A DNA stretch of 62,548 nt, the filler included, from Dugesia japonica (Eukaryota), in assembly GCA_001938525.1 (NCBI GenBank). It is 6 parts of 6 records of this genome, joined end to end, with 100 filler letters (N's around TTAATTAATTAA, not from the genome) between each part and the next. Parts side by side here need not be neighbours in the genome. Positions count along the whole stretch, not along the records: positions 12,544 to 20,951 come from MQRL01597222.1; positions 21,052 to 30,447 come from MQRL01613455.1; 4 more parts are not named here. One strand, given 5' to 3'. Position numbers and translations under genes: made by a program. Positions within the stretch are counted from its first letter, which is position 1, and every line of letters begins with the position of its first letter. Below are positions 12,944 to 23,233 of the stretch, piece after piece. Under the pieces are notes generated by a model, which was not told the DNA's origin, ran no database searches, and worked only from the letters and a program-made list of their open reading frames with translations.

Positions 12944-13642
12944 TGTTGGGCTAGAACATATAATTTTGGGTGCAAAAACGCCAACAAAGCATCCCCAAAT
13001 AATACGAAAATTAACAGAGAACAAGCGGAAAATTAAGTAAACAATTGGTGCTGGACCAGATATTTCGCCTTATCGTATCATTATTATTATGTAATTATTA
13101 TTATTATAATTATTATACGAGAATTATTGAAACGGGAAAAAATGAAAATTGGACGTAGAGGACCCAAATTTGGAGATACAACGATGAAATTTGAATGTAC
13201 GATAGGAAATAATAAGACAAATAATAAAAATAATATAAAATACTATAATAAAATATTAAAGAGGCCTCTACGACCCATTATTGTTATTATAATTAACGCT
13301 AATTAGCGTTTAATATTATTGAAAATTTGATTCATTCTGGTCCAGTCACGTTTATTTGTGGTTTTTCCAAGCGATGATTCAGTTGGAAAACTAAACAGTG
13401 AGACAAGGACATTCTCTTGACGACACGAATTTGGTTTTCCAAATTCGTTGTCAATCAATCGTGCATGCAGGCAAGCAAAGTTGTGGTGCGATCATTCCCG
13501 AGATTCGAGAAAATCTAACTCCAGGAACCAATGAACGGACGAGATTTTGAAATGCAAATCGACGATTGGGCGAGTAATGAGAGCTCTCCAGTCGTGGTGT
13601 AGATGAAATGAATAAAACCAGATTACTTGGAAAAAATGAACA

Positions 13643-13816
13643 GAAGAATTTAAAAATTTTTACTTGAAAACATTTTAGGAAAATTATCGAAAAATTTTAC
13701 GGCATCGAAATCATTTTGACAGGAGCAGAAGAATTTAAAGATTTCTTTTTACTTAAAAGCATTTTGGGAAAATCATTTGAAAATTTTTAAGCCATCGAAA
13801 CCATTTTTGCAGAAGC
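13643..13816 (+). repeat. Tandem duplication of a unit of about 87 bp inside element copy 1
   Basis: AGAAGAATTTAAA...CATCGAAA.CATTTT..CAG.AGC occurs twice. Confidence 0.8.
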
Positions 13817-14399
13817 CTCCAGAACATTTTATCGGCAACTACCACAGAGTAAATATTTGTTCATTTATTTATTTTATTATTTTTACATTAAAATCAATTT
13901 TTTTGTTAAACAAAATAAAATCATCATGTCCGAGTGCCGCCACCAGAATCCTTTTGATTTAAAAATAAGATGACGATTTAAGGACGAGACAAATTTCGTA
14001 ATGTGGCTTAAAAAGTATGAATTGAGAAATCACGGGAATTTAGAGGAATTCGCCGGGTGGCGTTCACGCATGGAGGGGTGCAGGTGAAGCCGAGAATTGT
14101 AGGGCGAAATTAGGTTTTGTCAGATTTCAACGAGTACAAATATCACAGTAAATTTTTCTGATTCCCCGATGGGATTATTGTTTGATTTATTATATTTTGA
14201 GTAGGAAAATCATTTTTGTGTCTTGTCAAAAGCCGTATTAATATTTAATAAATAATTTTAAAAAAAAATTATTCATTATTCTTATTGATTTATTTATTAT
14301 TATTGATCTTATGTNAATATTTTCTTTTAATCAACCGATTTGTTTTAATTATTAATATTTTTTTTTGTACAAAATAAATCGAAGTGCAAGTGTTTTCTA

Positions 14400-15047
14400 A
14401 TGAGTAGGGAATGACAAGCAGTGTTGGACGATAGCGGGAACGAGAGAAGATACCAGTTACCAGCGGATATCTTCTCTAGTTCGCATTATGAGACGTGGTA
14501 AATGATGATAGGCCGTAGGCCGAAGAAATCGTGTAAATCATGGGAGGTTCAAAAATCTAATTCTATTGTATTTTATTCATTATTGTATGTAGAGTGCATT
14601 AATAAATATGATTATAATTACTAGATGGCAAAAGGCATAAGAAATTTGAAAAGACCACGCTATATATGGTTGTACATCGACTCTAACGGTTGCTACTATA
14701 TTGAATGGTCGGAGGTCCAGACAATGATCCGTGATGAGAAGATAGCCCGGAAAGAAGAGGCAGATGATTTGAGGGCGGATCTCGAGGTAGCCAACTTGCG
14801 GGTTACCATACTCGAGGCGAATAATAAGCTACTCACGTCGCAATGGGATCGACTGATGACGACCCTCGAAGAGATTGATGTGGAAGACGTCATTGAAGAG
14901 ACCCAATTGCCTGGAGCTGCTGAAGAGAGTGATGCAACTGAGAAAAATAGCCTGGAGTCGCAAGCGGAAGAAGAAGTCTCGATTATTCAGGATTTGATGG
15001 GCCTGAGCGATTCCATCCCGAAATCTCCTGTGAATAACACTAACTAA
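14400..15047 (+). pseudogene. Element gene A, copy 1: exon 14400-14546 (two stops) plus exon 14625-15047; coiled-coil protein with acidic tail
   Basis: GAG|GTTC donor and CTAG|ATG acceptor are in phase 0. NERRYQLPADIFSSS, IGRRPKKS and GCYYIEWS have counterparts in copy 2. Confidence 0.6.
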
Positions 15048-15568
15048 AATGTGTAGCGTTGTCAAATGTGAGTTGTTTTGCTGTTTTTTTTGTTTACATT
15101 TTTAGTATGGAAAATTAAAGTGATATATGTATGTCACGATGATTGCAGAGGCAATCTTTGAATGATTTTAATATTTAATTGTTAGATAAATAGAACTTTT
15201 TCGTTAATTAAATAAACAAAAATAAGAATGAAGATGAGAAATGCANGCGCAAATTAGAGCATATTGAAACATAACGAGTTCACTGTGGTTATGATTATTG
15301 ACGAGGAGACGGGGTAACCATCGGACAATTTTTTGATCGAATCAAGAAAACATCATTGAGTCGTGATCGTGAAATAAATTTTATTTGAATAATGCTGTGG
15401 TATACAATCGACTTTTATTTTCAGTATTAGCATTAATAAGAAGCGGTTTCATAGTATAAGATTTAACGCTGTAAATAATCGAAATAATTTAATAATTTCT
15501 TGATTTATAATTCAACTGTTACTTAGTTTAATAATTAATGCTAAAATAAACTATTTTGATCATTTCAG

Positions 15569-15874
15569 TGAATCCGATAAAAGATAATAAGACTCCATCG
15601 AAAGAAATGGAAAGAGGAGCGTTGGACGCTAAGAAATGAAGTGCTGCAACTGAAAAGCCAGGCTACCAAGCATAGTAGCAAATATCAACAATTAAAAGAG
15701 AAAGAGTTGGCCTTGCAGCAAGCCAACCAATTGATGGCCGAAATTATCAAAATTTATGCAGACAGAGAGGCCGTGGTGTTCAACAATTTGAGGGCACTGT
15801 GGTTGTTGTACCGAAACCTAGTGAATGAGCCGTGTGAAGGGAATGCCGATGTGGATGTAGATGCATGTGAATAG
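15569..15874 (+). CDS. Element gene B, copy 1: short coiled-coil protein
   Basis: TTTCAG|TGAAT acceptor; KKWKEERWTLRNEVLQLK...SSKYQQLKEKELALQQANQLMAEIIKIY...LRALWL; AATAAA just after the stop; clear homologue at 26700-27012. The 5' frame is disrupted. Confidence 0.65.
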
Positions 15875-17019
15875 ATGCAAATAAATAGTTCGCAACGTGA
15901 TTGATTCTTTTTGTGTTTATTCGCGGTTATGTATGACCAGTTAAATTTTATCAAACTGGATTTATGTAAAATCAATACTGAACAATTAAGAGTGATTGAG
16001 ATGGGGTTCATGAAAAGGAAACGTAAGACATGATACCGCAAAGTCGCGCTGAACCCGTGGAAAGAGGGACATTTCACTAAGGTGACTCAAATGCTTGTGG
16101 TTTTTAGGTATGCCCCTAGACGAAATTGATCGCACTTATGTCTTTAGGAAAATAATCGAGGTCGAGGCATGCAGACATTAAACTCAAATTATTTAAAATC
16201 CTAAAAACCCAACACACATACACATTTTTTTAATAATATACATTTCAATAATCCTGCAAAATAATTTTATAAAATTATACACTTTCTCATATTTTTCAAA
16301 ATTATAAAATACTTTAAAAATTTGCAAAAAACCATGGCAAATGTTTAATAAAAAATAAATAATGCCATTTAAAATAAAACTTTATTGTTATATATTTCGA
16401 CGGATTAACCGTCAGACAAAAATGAAATAAATGAGTTTATTCAGNNNNNNNNNNNNNNNNNNNNNNNNNNNNNNNNNNNNNNNNNNNNNNNNNNNNNNNN
16501 NNNNNNNNNNNNNNNNNNNNNNNNNNNNNNNNNNNNNNNNNNNNNNNNNNNNNNNNNNNNNNNNNNNNNNNNNNNNNNNNNNNNNNNNNNNNNNNNTATT
16601 TTATTACTGTTACTTATAAAATCGAAGATGTTTTGTCAAAATATTTAAATTTTTTTAATTTTAGATTATATTAAAAATTTTAATTAAATTAAATCAAAGT
16701 CTTGAATTTTACGACGAACGTTTCTAATACGGCTGAAACTCGAAAAAGTAAATTTTACTCCATTATTCTTTTTTTTAAATTGTATTTCGTTTAGTAATAC
16801 TCCCATTAGAAAGAAATTATTTTCAGAGCTTACAATAAAATTCACTTCTGGGTTAGAAATAGAGATGATATTGTCTTTATTTTATTTTAATTCACGAGTG
16901 ATTGGAAATAAAAATAAAAAACTGTTTTGTAAATTAACAATAAATATATGATTTGTCTAAATAAATTCGATTACTCAACGACAACAGTTTTAATGAAAAC
17001 ATAAAGAAAACTAAATTAC

Positions 17020-17485
17020 TTTTTACGGGGAATCCATCATCCATTGTACTCCACTTTTTTGAAGTATTCTTCAGTAAAACCTTTTTGTTGCCACTTTCAA
17101 CTTGTTTTGTTTGAGTATTCGTATTATTTATTTGATTCAAATTCTTCAAAGAATCTGGATTTAGATTTACTAATAATAATGGTTGACTTTGAGATAATTG
17201 TTCATGTAATTTTCTTGAGGCAGGTAAATTGAGGATATGTAATGTTCCACCACTACCGTTTTCCGGTTGTGTTTTTTCAGAATCAGCACTGTCTTGAGAA
17301 TTTGCATTTCTATTAAATTTTACAGCAGCAGAATTAGAAAGACGACTGAGTTTAATTTCAATTTTTTTTGATTCTACGATATTATTGTTATTATTATTAT
17401 TATTATTACTTGTAACAGTATTGGCATTATTTGTCAACTCTACAGTTTTTTGTTCTTTTATTTCTTTAATCGTAGAACTATCATT
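17020..17485 (-). CDS. Cav3 (T-type calcium channel alpha-1) C-terminal exon, Asn-rich low complexity
   Basis: TATAG acceptor at 17486, in frame with the preceding exon across a 63-nt intron. NDSSTIKEIKEQKTVELTNNANTVTSNNNN... The donor position (17020 vs 17027) is uncertain. Confidence 0.75.
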
Positions 17486-17548
17486 CTATAAATAATATTA
17501 AGTGAATAATAAATATTTCTCTCTCTAATTTCTAATTAGAAAACTAAC

Positions 17549-17662
17549 TTCTTCAGAATCAGAGGAGATTTTCTCTCTTTGTTTCTCTTTATTTTCTTCA
17601 TCGATTTCACGCTGAACTTCTTTTTCAATTTCATCATCATCACACATCATTTTATGAGATTC
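17549..17662 (-). CDS. Cav3 exon after IV-S6
   Basis: CAG|ESHKMMCDDDEIEKEVQREIDEENKEKQREKISSDSEE|GTTAGT; continues MKHLE-ES as in Cav3 channels. Confidence 0.88.
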
Positions 17663-17899
17663 CTGAAAAATTATTATTTATTTCATTTTATTAATAGAAT
17701 TGTTTTTAGAAAACAATAAAATATTAATAATATCAGGTTTTTCAAAAAAGAAAATTCATTTTCTTTAGAAAATAAAAATTAATTTTTACCGATATTTAAG
17801 GAAAAGTCTATCAAATATATATTCGCTATTTTTATATACTACATCTTCCGAACGTCGGACTAAACTTTTGATATCTTTCCTATACCAGGTATGAATCTT

Positions 17900-18740
17900 T
17901 TTATTAAAATTTCAGGACAGGACAGATTTTATATTTGTTATAGTGTCAAAACCTTTGTGAAGATGTAATGTCTAGACAATAGGGAGAATGAGGAATTACT
18001 TAACAATGAAGGGGTTTAAATTTGGGCTGCATCACTTTTACAGTATGTGTTCTTGTCCTATTATAATGGAAAATTATTTTGTTTCTAATTGATCAAGACA
18101 AGAATTTTGACAATTAGAGCCTTTCTTAAGCGGTCAGAAATTTCAAGGTAGATCTCTAAATTTATTGTCTGACCCCTTTCTTGCCGGACACCCAATAATA
18201 CCTTGTATGGTGAAGTCCTGGCTTCGGCCCTCGTACTACAGGTAACTACTGGGTTTTTCTCATGTGGATTCTCATACATTATTTATTTATTACCTTGAGT
18301 CATAATTCATTTTAAGAATAGCGTTTATAAATATCAAATGACTAATAAATGGTGTATCTGAACTCAAATTGGCTTTTGTTCTTGGCTTAAATCACATGGA
18401 ACCCAAACACTGCTTCTATTATTTTTCCAATCTGTTTCATGTGGTTGCATACACTGCTGATACTATAGTGCAGTAGAAGAAAAAATTATTCTTGTTTGTT
18501 CCGGGTTTCTTTTAATAATGCCTCTCAACATTAGTATCCACCACAGATTTGTTATACCTTCTCGATTTGTTATCCAAACTAAGACTGCCAGTACGAACCT
18601 ATCAAATCATTTTTTGCAATTGCGAACATTGAAGAATCAACCATTAATATTGTTGATATGTTTGGGATAACAGTGAGATCTCATCAGCGTTTAAATTCAA
18701 CCAGTATGCAATAGCGAATATGATTTGTATTTGAGAAATT
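17900..18740 (-). mobile_element. Decayed mariner (DD34D) transposase inside the Cav3 intron
   Basis: Minus strand reads HIRYCILVEF, FDRF, WVPCDLSQEQK, IMTQGNK*IMYENP, KVLLGV and GQTINLEIYLEISDRLRKAL. Confidence 0.8.
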
Positions 18741-19025
18741 TTAACTCATCTGTCAACACAATTTTTGAAATTATTATATATTTTAATTTTAATTAATCTA
18801 AATAGTTCTCAACAAGATTTGATATAAAATTGATTTTTTTATTAATTAATCAAGTCCTTAACATCAAGGTATTAGACCATGCTATTAGACAATATTAAAA
18901 CAAACAAACTTTCAATATGAAAATAAATCATTTATAAATATATAATATATATAATAAAAATATATAATAGAATTAATTATAGAAAAAATAAAAATTAATA
19001 ATAATATAATAAAATTTTCTTTCAC

Positions 19026-19181
19026 CTCAAGATGTTTCATTAAAACTGCAACAACTACATTTACCAAAACGAATTGAGCCATTAACACAAAAATTACAAA
19101 GTAAATTGGTGCTATAATTGGTGATACACAACAATCTTTCTGGCATTCTTCTGATTTATTACATTTAACTCTAAGAGTATC
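19026..19181 (-). CDS. Voltage-gated T-type calcium channel alpha-1 (Cav3, CACNA1G/H/I family), domain IV pore loop end and S6
   Basis: CTAG|[52 protein letters not shown]|GTGAA. The [28 protein letters not shown] motif is diagnostic. Confidence 0.95.
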
Positions 19182-20599
19182 CTAGAAAATTTATGAAAAC
19201 ATAAAATGAAATAATTTCACTAAATATTTAGAAACATTTTTATTATTAATTAAAATAGAAAAATTAAAACAATTATAATAATTCTTTTATTAAAATTTAA
19301 ATTATTAACAAATTTGCCAGGGTAGTGTTTTAAATTAAAATTTAACTTGTAATTAATTCATTGAAATTAAATATTATACCAATATTAATAGTTCTATGAC
19401 CGAAGCGCAGCCATAAATGCCTACACATAATGCTAACTTGCTCACTGAAAAGTACAAACAAAATTTTCATACTCTTGGATTTCATTTATGATGGACTACC
19501 AAATAAAAAAAAGTGTATAAATATCATTGTTAGTATTTATCAAAATGCTAAAACTAATTGGCATGTTAGTAGAAAAAAGTGTTCTGGTTGTTCATACACT
19601 CTAAAGTATTTTTTAAAAAAGTCTCGTGTCTAACATTTGACCGGTTTTGAACTTCAGATTCAATTGAATATGAAAAACTAAATATACTAAAGCAAAAATA
19701 TGTCTTCATGAATACTATTCCACGTAAACATTTACTTGCAGGATTTTATTTATGTTGACATAAACATCTTCTTTCTCACCATTACTATCGCTATCTATAT
19801 TGCCATCGTTATCGACATTATTATCGTCGTCATACGATTCAAGAGACATTGGTTATTTTATCAATAGAAAGGCTGATCTAGATGACATCACAAAATAATT
19901 AGAGTATCCTAATTATTATCCACTTGGGCGTTTGGTGCAATGCTTTATGATTGAGTCACCTTTTTTCTATGGTAATATGCATTAGAATTATAAATCAGGA
20001 TGCATGCTGGTGTACGTGTAAAGTTATATTGAAATTTTGAAATTGTGCGCAGTTTAGAAAATCTAAAGAATTGAATAAAAATAATTAATTCAAATAAGCC
20101 ATACACGATAAGCGTGAAAGTAGAAAATAGGAAAAAAGGAGAAAAACTTGTCAAATAAAATATTACAAATTACCAAAGGATATCTGAAAGGCTAAATATA
20201 ATGAAATATTTAGATTTGTCATAAAATAAATAATAAAAATAAATAATTTAAAAATTCTGTTACAAGTAGTATCTTTTAAATAACAAGAAAAAAAGAAAAA
20301 ATAGAGAAGAAAAAAAAAGAATTTGGAAATTATCAAAGTTTGAAACAAAATTTCATCGTACTTAGTAAAGAAATGATTTTTTTTGTTTTCAATTAAAATT
20401 TTTAGGGGAATTTTCAACATTCAATAATTTGATTTTTAACATCTTTTAAGATTCCATATTATTTATAAAATAATTTATTATTAAATAGTTTCTCATGCTA
20501 AAAAGATTATTAGGTTTTATTTTATAGTTGAGTCGCGGAAAATATTTTCTTGGTTTGGTGAACCGTAATACGAAAATAGTTGCTCTATACTCTAATTGT

Positions 20600-20780
20600 A
20601 AGAGTAATTCATCGATGATAAATATCTGGGAGAATTTTCTATCATAAATAATTTGGTATATATTATATAGTTTTATATTAAAATTAATTCTTGAAATATT
20701 TTTAAAAAAATTATTTAGAATATTTTATATTAAAAAAAGTATTATATAAAACTATTTTTGAATAAAAATAACTTTCATAT
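20600..20780 (-). repeat. Fragment of dispersed AT-rich repeat (probably family X LTR)
   Basis: GAGTAATTCAT..ATGAT.AATATCT.G..AGAATTTT...ATTTGG.ATATATTATATAG is shared with 46140-46280 and 55163-55320. Confidence 0.65.
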
Positions 20781-21059
20781 TATAGTAAGAATATTTTTTG
20801 CATTGCATTTATGGATAGTATGTTTAAGTTGGTGAGTCACATGTTTTTTAATAATATCAAATTATGAACGTCAATGATGCTTGTGAGATGTGATTAATTA
20901 TAATAATGATAATTAAATATTTTATGTTATGTAATTGTATGTTTGCATGTANNNNNNNNNNNNNNNNNNNNNNNNNNNNNNNNNNNNNNNNNNNNTTAAT
21001 TAATTAANNNNNNNNNNNNNNNNNNNNNNNNNNNNNNNNNNNNNNNNNNNNTTTCAACG

Positions 21060-23030
21060 AAGCACAGACTATAATGTTTTAATAGAATGCCATTTAACAT
21101 TGCAGCGGTATCAGGGACATTTCAGAAGATGATGACAAAAGTGGTAAGCAGAATCAATGGAACCATGGTTTATATTGATGACATTCTGATATTTACGAAT
21201 AATAAAGATAAGCACTATGAAGTAGTATTGACGGAAATAATGAAGGCTGGTCTAAAGATAATTTCAGAAAATTCTCAGTTTCTTCAAAGCGAAATCAAAT
21301 TTCTTGGACACATAATTAGCAGGGATGGTGTTAGAACTTATCCGTATAAAATAGAAGCAATAAGAACATTTGGTAAACCTAACTGTGTGAAGAAGTTACA
21401 AAGCTTCTTAAGAAATTGTAGTTATTACAAGAAGATTATGAAAAACTACGCAAGAAAATCAAGGATTTCAGAACGGTTGTGTAGTGGACCATGCAACAAG
21501 AAATTAGAATGGACAGATGAAATAAACGAGACTCTTGAGGGTCTAAGTAAACCTCTAATGACTGCACCAATATTGTGTTTTCCAGACATAAACAAATAAT
21601 TTATATTATATACAGATACCAATTTGATACAATTGAAGCAGTATTGTCACACAGAGATAAAAAAAAGGAGAAAGAGTTGTTGCCTATGAATCACACTCAA
21701 TGGCGAGTCATGAAAATGTATATTGCATAACACGAAAGGAATTATTGGCTGTTTATTATTTTCGCATGTTCTTCAAACATTTCTTGTACGGTAGAAGATT
21801 TACTCTTAGAACAGATCATAAAGCACTAACCGCCATAATGACGACAAAGAAACCAATTACGTACAATTCCAGACATGGACTACTTATCTGAGTAGTTTAG
21901 ACATGATTTTTGAATATAGAAAATGAATTCAACATTGCAAGGCAGATATGTTATCTAAATCAAGATGTGAGGTATGTGTACAATGTCAAATATCACATGA
22001 AGATGCTAAGAAAGGGAAGATTAAAACAAGAATACTGAACATAATTGAAAAGGAAAAAGAAAATCATTTAAACATTTCTGAGGAAACAGATGTAATCAAG
22101 AAAATAAATATTTCAGATGACAAAATACATGAGACAATCGAAAAAATACATAAATTATTATGTCATGCAGGAGTTGAAAAGGTGTACAAATATATGAGAA
22201 ACAAATATATTGCAAAGAACTTGTAGAGCTAAATACATAAGATAGTTCGTAGTTGTGAAATTTGTCAGAAGACCAAAGTAGTGGCAACAGCAACTAAAGA
22301 GAAGACAAAGAGTTTAGAACGTACCAATTTTTTTGAAGTTATATTCACATATATATGTGGGCCANNNNNNNNNNNNNNNNNNNNNNNNNNNNNNNNNNNN
22401 NNNNNNNNNNNNNNNNNNNNNNNNNNNNNNNNNNNNNNNNNNNNNNNNNNNNNNNNNNNNNNNNNNNNNNNNNNNNNNNNNNNNNNNNNNNNNNNNNNNN
22501 NNNNNNNNNNNNNNNNNAGATTGCGGAAAAGCTTTTGAATCCAGAATTATGAGAGAGTTTGACTAAAGATAGATATTAAACTTTGGTTTTCGAGTCCCTA
22601 TCATCATAATGCAAGCGAAGAAATTGAGAGGCAGTTCAGGAAAATTCGAGATTTGATTAATGCCACACTCCAGGAAAGTACGTCAACAAATTAAGCATAT
22701 CTTTTTTGTGAAATAAAATTTACACTAAAAGCAACAAAGCAGAAGACGATTGAGAAGAGCTTAATTGATATTGTATTTGGAAATAGAATTAGCAGAGAAA
22801 AGTGGTATAAGTCAGACTTTGCCGAAAACACTTCGAACGTGATTACTTACAGGGAATTCAAAGTGGGCGGTTTTGTACTCATAAAAATATAAACAAGAAA
22901 TAAAACTCAAGACAAATTTGAAGGACCTTATCGAATAATTGAGAAAATTCATGAAAGGCGGTAAAAGAAGAAAATGGACCGCAATTGGAAAGAAATTTGG
23001 AAAAACTTAGAAGTTTTTAAGGAATGGATA
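21060..23030 (+). mobile_element. Decayed Ty3/gypsy pol (RT-RNase H-integrase)
   Basis: MPFNIAAVSGTFQ, VYIDDILI, FLGHII, TAPILCFPD, KELLAV, FTLRTDHKAL, HKLLCHAG...CEICQ, DCGKAFES, SPYHHN, ERQFR and FEGPY. Confidence 0.93.
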
Positions 23031-23169
23031 TAAAGAAATAATTATTATTTAATAATTTTAGCCAATAGGAAGTGATCAAATCCATTTTAATATGTGATTA
23101 GTTCTATTTCAATTATAATTATCTTAATTATCTTTAATTAAAATTATTTATTCAGTTAACGACTATTAC

Positions 23170-23233
23170 TGTTAAAGGTATATTTGAATTTATAATAAAA
23201 TTGTTAAAGGTATATTTGAATTTATAATAAAAT
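23170..23233 (+). repeat. 32-bp tandem duplication
   Basis: TGTTAAAGGTATATTTGAATTTATAATAAAAT occurs twice. Confidence 0.9.

Larger units (their letters stand above)
12944..16214 (+). mobile_element. 3271-bp TG...CA gene-carrying element, copy 1 (giant solo LTR or non-autonomous element)
   Basis: Ends TGTTGGGCTAGAAC / CCTAAAAACCCAACA, TSD CACA (12940-12943 and 16215-16218), empty site at 46517-46520, homologous to 24278-27355. Confidence 0.85.

Noticed and set aside
14437-14483. Hairpin GAGAAGATA...TATCTTCTC, also foldable in copy 2, as a pre-miRNA
   Set aside because: It is short and lies within the conserved gene A exon 1 peptide, so coding constraint is a sufficient explanation. Not excluded as a dual signal.
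14696-15065. Antisense ORFs over gene A (also 15754-16077 and 29422-29850)
   Set aside because: Shadows of the sense coding strand, with no conservation between copies.
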